A program made the position numbers and the translations under genes. A DNA stretch of 64,000 nucleotides from an uncultured bacterium (GTDB taxonomy: Bacteria; Muiribacteriota; UBA6191; CAZXTJ01; CAYOHP01), in assembly GCA_964403795.1 (NCBI GenBank), contig CAYOHP010000008.1, positions 16,987 through 80,986 of the forward strand, written 5' to 3'. A model generated the notes under the pieces. The model was given only the letters and a program-made list of their open reading frames with translations. It was not told where the DNA came from and ran no database searches. Numbering within the stretch: the first letter of the stretch is position 1; the number at the start of each line of letters is the position of its first letter. This document shows positions 17,882 through 25,907 of this stretch, piece after piece.

Positions 17882-18622
17882 TCAGGGAGCGGCCGAGGAA
17901 GGCGGACCCGGCTGCCCGCTCCGATCGATCCCGCCGAGCCAGAAACTCGCCCCCAGGTAGTAGACGACGTACCCGAGCGATCCCCAGACCAGGGCCGCGG
18001 GCGGGGTCGGGAGCGTCAGCAGGATGCCCGCCACCGAGGCAGCCCACAGGAGCGTCAGGGCGAGGGTGAGCCTCTGCCACGGGACCGTGCGGGAGGGGTA
18101 GACGAACTTCAGCGGCAGGAAGACCGCCACCGCCAGCAGGAGGACCACTGCCAGATTGGTGGTCGGTCGCAGGCCGAGCACATGCAGGTAGACCACCAGG
18201 ATGTTCCAGTAGGACGGGAAACCCCGGAAGAAGTGGTCGTCGGTCTTGGCACGGACATGGGCGAACTGGTAGCCGGACGCCAGGCAGATCGCCCCGGCGC
18301 CGACCAGGCACAGCTCGTCGGGGAGGAGCGCCGATCGCATGAGGAACCAGGCCGGCACGAAGCAATAGGTGACGAAATCGACCAGGTTGTCGAGCAGGGC
18401 CCCGTCGATCTCCGGGATCAGACGGTCGAGGCGCATCCGGCGCGCCAGGGTGCCGTCCACCGAATCGATCGCGACCGGGATGGTCATCCAGAGCAGGGCT
18501 TCGCTGAGCCGCCCCCCGGCGATCGCTTCCAGTGCCAGCAGGTCGAAGATCGCCGAACTGGCGGTGAGCAGGTGGACGCACCAGCCCTCGATGCGGTTGC
18601 CCCTGGGGGGCTCCCCGCTCAT
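17882..18622 (-). CDS. CDP-alcohol phosphatidyltransferase family membrane protein, probably a phosphatidylcholine synthase (Pcs-like).
   Basis: DSVDGTLARR...DxxxD motif (AIDSVDGTLARRMRLDRLIPEIDGALLDNLVD) in a polytopic membrane protein of about 246 aa. Only the 3' third of the 451-aa ORF is credible. ATG at 18620-18622. Confidence 0.6.
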   Translation of the reverse strand: MSGEPPRGNRIEGWCVHLLTASSAIFDLLALEAIAGGRLSEALLWMTIPVAIDSVDGTLARRMRLDRLIPEIDGALLDNLVDFVTYCFVPAWFLMRSALLPDELCLVGAGAICLASGYQFAHVRAKTDDHFFRGFPSYWNILVVYLHVLGLRPTTNLAVVLLLAVAVFLPLKFVYPSRTVPWQRLTLALTLLWAASVAGILLTLPTPPAALVWGSLGYVVYYLGASFWLGGIDRSGQPGPPSSAAP

Positions 18623-18720
18623 GGTCTCGAGGCGGGCGCCCCCGGGACGGGCCGGTTCGTCCGTACCCATGGCAGCCGTCGACCTCCTCGGTTCCCCATG
18701 ATGGTAGCCGGTCGCAGGCG

Positions 18721-20277
18721 CTACTTCCCGTCGAGGAAGCCGGCGGCGACCTCGGCCGGGGAGCGATGGGTCTCGTCGACGGCGTGGTTCAAGGTCTGCA
18801 TCGTCCGGTCGTCGATCCGGTTGGAGAGCGAAGCCAGGGCCGCTCGGACCCCGGGTCGCGCCAGGGCGTCCGCCCGCGCCACCGCGGCGGCGTGGTAGGG
18901 CGGGAAGTAGCGACGGTCGTCCTCCAGGGCGACGAGGTCGAAGACCAGGATCCGGCCGTCGGTCGAGTAGTTGCAGATCACGTCCACCTCGCCCGCCGAG
19001 AGCGCCTGGTACATGAGGTTGGTGTCGAGGTCCCGGGCCTCCCCGAAGCGCATGCCGTAGGCCTTGCACAGGCCTTCGAACCCGTCGGAGCGCTCCATGA
19101 ACTCGGCCACGAAACCGCCCTTCAGGCTCCCCGCCGAGGCCGCCAGGTCGGAGATCCGGGTCCAGCCCCGACGCTTCGCCTCCGCCCGGGGCAGGCTCAG
19201 CACGTAGGTGTTCTCGAACCCGTAGGGGTCGAGCCACTCGCAGCCGAGCCGGGCGTACTCGCGGCGCACGGTGGCGAGCACCGAGACCGGATCCCGGTCG
19301 ACCGGCAGGTCGAGGATCGCCATCAGGGCGGTCCCGGTGTACTCGGGATAGACGTCGATCTCCCCCCGGACCAGGGCCTCGTGGGCGATCATGGTGGCGC
19401 CCAGGTTGAAGCGCCGCTCGACCGGGTGCCCCGCCCGCTCCAGCACCTGCGCCATGAGCTCACCCAGCACCAGCTGCTCGGTGAAGTTCATGCTCCCGAC
19501 CACCACCGGGCGGACTCCGGTCCCGGGACGGGCCGCGGGGACCCGGAGGGCGATCGCCCCCGCCGTCAGCAGGACCACCAGCACCAGGCTGACCCGCCCG
19601 ATCCACCGCACCAGGGAGGATGTCCTCCGGGCCGGGGTCCGGCGCCGGTCCCCGGCGAGCAGGCGGGCCGCTTCGCCCAGGGCCGCGTCCACCACCAATG
19701 CCAGGACCGCGGCGGGGATGGCGCCCAGGAGCAGGAGCCGATCGTTGCGCAGGGCCAGCCCCTCGTTGATGAAGCGCCCTAGCCCCCCGGCCCCCACGAA
19801 CGCAGCCAGGGTGGCGATCCCCACCCCGACCACCGCGGCGGTGCGGACCCCGGCCGCGATCACCGGCAGGGCGAGGCGCAGCTCCACCATCCAGAGCCGC
19901 TGCCAGGAGGTCATCCCGATCCCGGTGGCGGCATCCACCACCGGGCGAGGGATCCCTTCGATCCCGGCCACGGTGTTGGCGACGATCGGGAGCAGGGCGT
20001 AGAGCGCCAGGGCCAGGAGCGCGGGGGTGGCCCCCAGGGCCCCGGTCACCGCCAGCAGGAAGGCCAGCAGGGCCACGGTGGGCAGGGTCTGGATGACCCC
20101 CACCGCGGCCAGCACCAGACCCCGCACCCGGCGGAACCGGCAGGCGGTCACCCCCAGGGGGACGCCGATCACGATCCCGGCCAGGGTCGAGACCACCGTC
20201 AGGAAGACGTGCTCGGCGATCTCGACGCGGAGCTCCGGTCCGCGGGCGATCACGAAGGCGAGGGTGTCCTGGTTCAA
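18721..20277 (-). CDS. Osmoprotectant/choline-type ABC transporter. It is a fused permease (N-terminal) and substrate-binding domain (C-terminal), OpuBC/OpuCC-like.
   Basis: The N-terminal half has ABC permease helices with an EAA-like loop. The C-terminal half (VVVGSMNFTEQLVLGELMAQVLE...YPEYTGT...) matches glycine-betaine/choline-binding proteins. The start is uncertain: TTG at 20277, or an internal GTG. Confidence 0.7.
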   Translation of the reverse strand: MNQDTLAFVIARGPELRVEIAEHVFLTVVSTLAGIVIGVPLGVTACRFRRVRGLVLAAVGVIQTLPTVALLAFLLAVTGALGATPALLALALYALLPIVANTVAGIEGIPRPVVDAATGIGMTSWQRLWMVELRLALPVIAAGVRTAAVVGVGIATLAAFVGAGGLGRFINEGLALRNDRLLLLGAIPAAVLALVVDAALGEAARLLAGDRRRTPARRTSSLVRWIGRVSLVLVVLLTAGAIALRVPAARPGTGVRPVVVGSMNFTEQLVLGELMAQVLERAGHPVERRFNLGATMIAHEALVRGEIDVYPEYTGTALMAILDLPVDRDPVSVLATVRREYARLGCEWLDPYGFENTYVLSLPRAEAKRRGWTRISDLAASAGSLKGGFVAEFMERSDGFEGLCKAYGMRFGEARDLDTNLMYQALSAGEVDVICNYSTDGRILVFDLVALEDDRRYFPPYHAAAVARADALARPGVRAALASLSNRIDDRTMQTLNHAVDETHRSPAEVAAGFLDGK

Positions 20278-20440
20278 GGGAGTCGGGGTCCGGGGTCCGG
20301 GGTCCGGGCATGGTACCCGACTTGCCGCCCCTGCCCTTCCCGGGCTAGCCTCCTCCGCTCGCTCCGCGGCGCCGACCGGCGACCTCGATCACAACACAAA
20401 GACGGAGCGACGAGCCGAGTATCGAGCAGAGGAGTCCGTC

Positions 20441-21736
20441 GTGTCGTCAGCCTTCCGTCGCGCCGCGATCCGCGGTTTCGGCCTTCCCCTCTTCACCGCC
20501 CTGCTGGGCCTCGCCGCGGTCCCGGCCGCCGCCGACGAGTACCTGGTCTTCCTCTCCGGGTATCCCGACATGGAGGAGGTCTCCGAAGGTTCGACCTCGG
20601 TGGTGGCCCTCCTCCAGGAACACCATGACCGGGCCTTCTCCCGGGTCGAAGCCGGCATCCGCGGGCTCGGTTTCGGCGAGACGACGACCACCCACCTCTG
20701 GATCGCCAACGCCTTCCACCTCGAGTGCGACCGGGTGACCGCCGGCCGGATCTCCCGGCTCGCCGGGGTCGAGCGGGTGCAGCCCGTCGAGCGGGTACCC
20801 CGGCCCCGGGTGACGGTCCCCGATCGCACCGCGCCCCAGGCGTCCAAGATCACCTGGTCGGTCGAGAAGGTGAAGGCCCCGGCGGCCTGGGCTGCCGGGA
20901 TCGACGGCCGGGGAGTGGTCGTCGGCCACATCGACACGGGAGTGGACCCGAACCACCCCGACCTGAAGGGCAAGATCCTCCGCTTCCGCGATTTCGTCGA
21001 CACCGCCAACACGAGCCCCAAGGACGGCGACGGCCACGGCACCCATACCGCCGGGACCATCGCGGGCGGCGCCGCCGGCGGTACCGCCATCGGCGTGGCG
21101 CCGGGCGCCCGGCTGATCGTGGCCCGGGTCCTGGACGAGAACGGGTCCAATACCTTCCGCCTGCTCCGGGCCATGCAGTGGATGATGGACCCCGACGACA
21201 ACAACGCCACCAACGACGCCCCCCAGGTTTGCTCCAACTCCTGGGGCTCGACGTTGGGCTTCGATCCCTCGTTCTGGCTCACCGTGTCCTCGTGGCGCAA
21301 GGCCGGGATCGTCCCGGTGTTCGCGGCCGGGAACGAAGGCCCCGATCCCAAGACCACCGGGATCCCGGGCGGGTATCCCCACAGCTACGCGGTGGGCGCC
21401 ACCGACGACCGGGACCGGATCGCCGACTTCTCCAGCCGGGGCCCGGTGCGCTGGGGTCTCTCGACCTACGTGAAGCCCGATGTCTCGGCCCCCGGGGACT
21501 TCGTCTACTCGGCCAACGACGGGGGCGGCTACACCTACCTGTCGGGGACCTCGATGGCGACCCCGGCCGTAGCCGGCGCCCTGGCCCTGCTCAAGCAGAA
21601 GCACCGGAACTGGACCGTCGACCAGCTCGAGGCGAGGTTGGCAGCCACCTCCGTCGACCTCGGGGCCGCCGGCAAGGACAACGACTTCGGCGCCGGCCGG
21701 ATCGACGTGGCGCGGGCGCTGGGCCTGGCGGAGTAG
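20441..21736 (+). CDS. Secreted subtilisin-like serine protease (peptidase S8).
   Basis: Signal peptide. The catalytic triad motifs are present: VGHIDTGVD (Asp), DGDGHGTHTAGTIAG (His), and YTYLSGTSMATPAVAGALAL (Ser). Proposed GTG start at 20441. Confidence 0.85.
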   Translation: MSSAFRRAAIRGFGLPLFTALLGLAAVPAAADEYLVFLSGYPDMEEVSEGSTSVVALLQEHHDRAFSRVEAGIRGLGFGETTTTHLWIANAFHLECDRVTAGRISRLAGVERVQPVERVPRPRVTVPDRTAPQASKITWSVEKVKAPAAWAAGIDGRGVVVGHIDTGVDPNHPDLKGKILRFRDFVDTANTSPKDGDGHGTHTAGTIAGGAAGGTAIGVAPGARLIVARVLDENGSNTFRLLRAMQWMMDPDDNNATNDAPQVCSNSWGSTLGFDPSFWLTVSSWRKAGIVPVFAAGNEGPDPKTTGIPGGYPHSYAVGATDDRDRIADFSSRGPVRWGLSTYVKPDVSAPGDFVYSANDGGGYTYLSGTSMATPAVAGALALLKQKHRNWTVDQLEARLAATSVDLGAAGKDNDFGAGRIDVARALGLAE

Positions 21737-21935
21737 CCGGCTCGGGCACCCGGAGTCAGCGCAGGAAGCTCAGCCACACCGCGTTGGCGAGCACCAGCAC
21801 GAGGATCGCGATCCCGACCGGGAATCCGGAGCCGGGCTCGGAATCGGGATCGCTCTCCTCGGCTCCACCATCGGACCCGGGATCGGGGTCGTCCTTCCCG
21901 GCTCCAGCTCCGGACTCCCGGTCGACCACTCGCGC

Positions 21936-24224
21936 TCAACCGCCGATCAGGTAGATCCGCGCCAACCGCCCCAGGGCGATGGCCGCGATCGCGAACACCA
22001 GCATCTGGAAATAGCCGATCGCCACCTGCGCCGGGGTGAGCGCCTGGGTGGTGCGGGTGGCCGCGGTCGTCTTCCCGGATCCCCCGGGCGGCGAGGTAGC
22101 GGGGGCCGAGCGGGGACCGGTGCCGGGCGAGGGCTCGAAGTAGGTGGAGCGCTCCACCGCCAGCTGCTGGTCCTCGCCTGAGACCTGGCGGGCTCCCTCC
22201 AGGGCCAGCGCCGCCTCCTCCTCGGAGAGCATGGCGCTGCCACCGAGCTTGGGTTGGGGCAGGGCGGTGGAGGCCCGGATCCGATCGCCGCCGTAGGCCT
22301 CCTTGTTCCGGTTTCGCCCGCTGGCCGCAAGGGGGGGCATGAGCCCCGCCGCCTCCTGCGCCTTGCCGGCGATCTCGGCCGAGGTCTCGGTCCGGCTCTC
22401 GGACCGGCCACCGCCCCCCACCGCGGCCTGCTTCGAGCTCGCCTCCCGGAACGCCTCGCCCAGTGCCTTGGCGAGCGGCTCGAGCAGGCTCGCCTCGGTG
22501 GCCATCACGGCGGTCTCGGCGACCACCCGGGCGACCTGGGCGGCAGCCAGGAAGGACTCCTCGTCCCGACCTCCCACCAGTACCCCGAGCTCGGTCAGGT
22601 CGGTGTCGCCCAGGATCCAGCGCCGCAGCGCCCCGTAGGCACGGACCCCGGCGTCCCGGCTCTTCCCCAGTCGCTCGGCTTCCGGCGACCGCAACAGGGC
22701 CGTCGCCAGCGCCCGGGCCGCGGCGCGGGCCGCCGGCCCTCCCAGCTCGACCGCTCCCTCCAGGGCCCCGGCCGCCGACGCAGCCTCGGGTCCGAGCTGG
22801 CCGAGGCTGTCGGCGAGCACCACCCGGGTCTCGACGTCCTGGGACTTCTGGAGCGCCTTGCCGAGCACCCCGGCGCACCCCCTCCGGGCACTGGGATGGA
22901 CCCCCGACAGGAACCAGGCAGCCGTCCGGCACGCCACCGGATCGTCCAGTTCGAGGAGCTTCGAGAGGTAGGCGGCCGCCTGGGGATCGTCGGTCGCCCG
23001 TCGTCCCAAGGCCCGGATGGCCTGGATCCGCATGGCGCCCGGGGACGCCTTGGAGACCACGGTGGCGAGGATGGCCGAGGACTGCGGGTAGTCCATGTAG
23101 GCCAGGCAGTGGATCCCCTGGAGCAGCTCCTGGGGATTGCCGGAGGCCAGCAGGTCCTTGACCCGACGCACCGCCCGGCGGGGGTCGAGCAGCGTGGTCG
23201 CCAGGGCCACGTTCATCGCCAGCTTGGGATGGCGGGTGTCGAGCAGGGCCAGGACCTTCTCGGAATACTGCTCCGGCGGGACCGGGAGCTTGACCAGGGT
23301 CTCGACCGCGGCGGCCTGCACCACCGGGTTCGAAGTGGCCAGCGCCTCCATCGCCATCTCGAAGCCCTGGCGTTCGCCGGCGGCGGCCACGGCCTGCAGG
23401 CAGGCCACCCGCGCCAGCGGATGGTCGAGCCCGCGGAACACCGAGCCGATCCGGCGGGTGAGCTCGGCGCCCCCGAGCCGCCCCATGGTCTCCACGCTCT
23501 GGATCACGGTCCAGGGATCCCGGGACTCGAGCAGGCGGGTCAGGACCTTCTGGTAGTCGTAATCCCCGAAGCCCTCCATGGCGTAGGCGATCCAGGGCCG
23601 GACCTTTTCCTCCCGGTCGACCAGGCCGGAGAGGTACTCGAAGGCCGGACGGCTGGGAACTCCGCGGAACGCCTGGACCAGACCCGAGAAGACCGGGGTG
23701 CCGGAGCGCTTGGTGGCCAGGTCCATGGCCCGGCCGGCCGCCTCGTCGCCCCCGAAGACCGCATAGGCCGCCATGCACAGCGGTGCCATGGCCCCGGGTC
23801 CCGAGACCTCCTGGATGGCCTCCAGGCTGGCCGGGATCCGGATCCTCCCCAGCACCCGGAGCGCCGCCACCGAACGGCGTCCCCCGGCCCGGGCCTGGTT
23901 CTGGAGGGGCGGTACCAGGGTCGCCAGGCTGGAGGCCGCGGCCTGCTCGACGTCGCCGCCATCGACCTTGACGCGGGTGGCGCCGGCGTCGGCATGCCCG
24001 AGGAAGCGGGTCCAGTTGCCGGCCTCCCGGGGCGGATCGCCCCCGGCCCGGAGCAGCCCGTCCTCCAGGCGGCGGCTCCAGAACACGTCCTCGGCCAGCC
24101 GGGCGGAGTCGGCGACCTCCCCGGACTCGGCGGCCTCCAGCAGGTCGAGGGCCACCGCACTGTCGACGGTGATGGGCTGGCGCTCCAGCCTCCGGAGCAG
24201 GAAGGCCTTCGCCATGGTCCCCTG
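21936..24224 (-). CDS. HEAT/PBS-lyase-type repeat protein with a C-terminal TM anchor.
   Basis: Many degenerate alpha-helical repeats of the form D/NPxVRxxAaxaLgxig. The C-terminal hydrophobic segment reads IGYFQMLVFAIAAIALG. ATG proposed at 24222-24224; the ORF track's TTG at 24263 is also possible. Confidence 0.55.
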   Translation of the reverse strand, partial: QGTMAKAFLLRRLERQPITVDSAVALDLLEAAESGEVADSARLAEDVFWSRRLEDGLLRAGGDPPREAGNWTRFLGHADAGATRVKVDGGDVEQAAASSLATLVPPLQNQARAGGRRSVAALRVLGRIRIPASLEAIQEVSGPGAMAPLCMAAYAVFGGDEAAGRAMDLATKRSGTPVFSGLVQAFRGVPSRPAFEYLSGLVDREEKVRPWIAYAMEGFGDYDYQKVLTRLLESRDPWTVIQSVETMGRLGGAELTRRIGSVFRGLDHPLARVACLQAVAAAGERQGFEMAMEALATSNPVVQAAAVETLVKLPVPPEQYSEKVLALLDTRHPKLAMNVALATTLLDPRRAVRRVKDLLASGNPQELLQGIHCLAYMDYPQSSAILATVVSKASPGAMRIQAIRALGRRATDDPQAAAYLSKLLELDDPVACRTAAWFLSGVHPSARRGCAGVLGKALQKSQDVETRVVLADSLGQLGPEAASAAGALEGAVELGGPAARAAARALATALLRSPEAERLGKSRDAGVRAYGALRRWILGDTDLTELGVLVGGRDEESFLAAAQVARVVAETAVMATEASLLEPLAKALGEAFREASSKQAAVGGGGRSESRTETSAEIAGKAQEAAGLMPPLAASGRNRNKEAYGGDRIRASTALPQPKLGGSAMLSEEEAALALEGARQVSGEDQQLAVERSTYFEPSPGTGPRSAPATSPPGGSGKTTAATRTTQALTPAQVAIGYFQMLVFAIAAIALGRLARIYLIGG

Positions 24225-24287
24225 GGAGCCGTAGGACCAGAGGATCTCGTCGAGCTGGCGCAACCCCTTGCCTCCCCTGGCGTTCGC

Positions 24288-24728
24288 CTACTTGAAGAGC
24301 GACTTGAGGAGCGACAGGCCCTTGCCGCCCGCCTTCTCCTTCGCCTGTTCCTTCTTGACCTTGTCCTCTGCCTTGTTACCGAGCCAGTTGCTCAGGAGGC
24401 CGCCCCCGATGGACTTGGCCTGGAGCCCGCCGAGCTCCTTGTCCCGGTGGTGGCGTCGGGTCGCCTCGAGCTTGTGGACTCCCGGTTCGGAACCCTTGGC
24501 GAGGCTGGCGAAGCCTCCGAAGGGTCTGCCCACGGCCAGGCTCCGGGAGAGCCGGACCCGCTCCCCGTCGCTCCACACCATGAGCTTCGATCCCTTCGAG
24601 ACCACCATGCCGGCCTCGGGCAACGGGACGAGCTCGTCGGCCGCCCGGACCGCGTGGCCGAGGAGACCGGCAGAGAGCGCCAGCACCAGGATCCTCCCGG
24701 TCCAGCCGGGGACTCCGATGACGACCAT
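24288..24728 (-). CDS. Small secreted hypothetical protein with a Lys-rich C-terminus.
   Basis: Signal peptide (RILVLALSAGLLGHAVRA). 146 aa. It lies between the FecR-domain gene and the HEAT-repeat gene on the same strand. Confidence 0.45.
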   Translation of the reverse strand: MVVIGVPGWTGRILVLALSAGLLGHAVRAADELVPLPEAGMVVSKGSKLMVWSDGERVRLSRSLAVGRPFGGFASLAKGSEPGVHKLEATRRHHRDKELGGLQAKSIGGGLLSNWLGNKAEDKVKKEQAKEKAGGKGLSLLKSLFK

Positions 24729-24740
24729 CAGGCCACCTCC

Positions 24741-25907
24741 TCAGGGATTGTCGATGGACAGGACCTTCACGTCACCCTCGAGCACGTCGACGGTGGGCAT
24801 GCGCCCGGCGCCGGCCATCTCGAGGGTGGCCATGGTGACCCCGCCCCTGCGGGTGAAGTCGACCACCTTCAGGTCGTCCCCGTTGGTCCGCGCCATGAAC
24901 ACCGCCACGTCGTGCCGGGGACCGTGTCGCAGCGGCTGGAAGGTGGGATCGGCCCGGTGGAAGGTCATCTTCCCCTTGCGCAGCCGGCCCATCAGGGCGT
25001 TGCCCATGCGATAGAAGCTGAACTCGGTCCCGGACTCGAAGCGCAGCCAGCCGGTGTGCCGGAGGTGGAGGATGGCGTAGCCGGTGCCCACGGTCAGCAC
25101 CAGCGGGTTCTGCCAGTCGCGCCCCGGGGCATCCCAGTCGATCTCCTTGTTCCACCAGGTGGCGTCGACCAGGGCCCCGTCCAGCAGGACCTGCCCCGCG
25201 GTCGCCTCGGCGACGTGGAACTCCCGGTTGTACTTGGCGTTGACGTGGTCCTGGTTCTCGTAGAGGAACTGCTGGGCGGCCCGGGCCATCATGGCGTAGC
25301 GGAAGACCCGGATGGCATCCACCGCCAGCTCTTGGTTGGAGGTCACCAGTCCGAGCAGGGCCCCGCCGTAGGCCAGGCCGTTCAGGATGCCCCGGGTCAC
25401 CCCCAGGAAGGTCCGCTTCTTGCGATGGTCGTACTCGACCGCGAACTCGGTGCCCCGCACCCCGGCCACGACGGTGGGAGCCCGGACGTTGAAGGGGCTC
25501 GCCTCGTGCTCCGCGGGGGGCCGCCGGGTGACCTGGCAGACGACCTTGCCCAGGCTCTCGGAGAACATCCCGACCCAGCTCGTCTGGTCCTGGTTCTCGG
25601 GGATGTCGGGGATCTCGAGCATGGTGTTCTCGGAGACCGCGACCGAATCCTGGCCGCCTTCCTTGTTGTAGAACACCACCTCGCAACTCGACCCGGGACC
25701 GGTCCGCACCCGGTCCCCCATCTGCACCGGCACCTCGCCGGCCAGCGGTCCCTTCCACCGGTTGAAGGCCGCGGCGTAGATCTCGACTTTGCCCCTGGGC
25801 TTGGTGATCCGCCCCCGCGCCGTGCCCTGGGCGATCGCCTGGGGAACCGCAGCCACCGTCAACCAGACCGCAGCGAGCGCCAACCCGACGATGCCAGAGG
25901 TCTTCAC
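24741..25907 (-). CDS. Secreted FecR-domain protein, the partner of the CHASE2 cyclase.
   Basis: Signal peptide (GIVGLALAAVWLTVAAVPQAIAQG), then a FecR-like region (GRITKPRGKVEIYAAAFNRWKGPLAGEVPVQMGDRVRTGPGSSCEVVF). The GTG start at 25905-25907 overlaps the cyclase gene stop (GTGA). The 5' 350 codons of ORF 24741..26957 are noise. Confidence 0.6.
   Translation of the reverse strand: MKTSGIVGLALAAVWLTVAAVPQAIAQGTARGRITKPRGKVEIYAAAFNRWKGPLAGEVPVQMGDRVRTGPGSSCEVVFYNKEGGQDSVAVSENTMLEIPDIPENQDQTSWVGMFSESLGKVVCQVTRRPPAEHEASPFNVRAPTVVAGVRGTEFAVEYDHRKKRTFLGVTRGILNGLAYGGALLGLVTSNQELAVDAIRVFRYAMMARAAQQFLYENQDHVNAKYNREFHVAEATAGQVLLDGALVDATWWNKEIDWDAPGRDWQNPLVLTVGTGYAILHLRHTGWLRFESGTEFSFYRMGNALMGRLRKGKMTFHRADPTFQPLRHGPRHDVAVFMARTNGDDLKVVDFTRRGGVTMATLEMAGAGRMPTVDVLEGDVKVLSIDNP

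Noticed and set aside
21757-21935. Possible small ORF (acidic N-terminus plus one TM helix, ...PVGIAILVLVLANAVWLSFLR) between the subtilase and HEAT genes.
   Set aside because: No in-frame ATG/GTG/TTG start could be placed with a plausible RBS. It is too short to assess statistically. Left unannotated.
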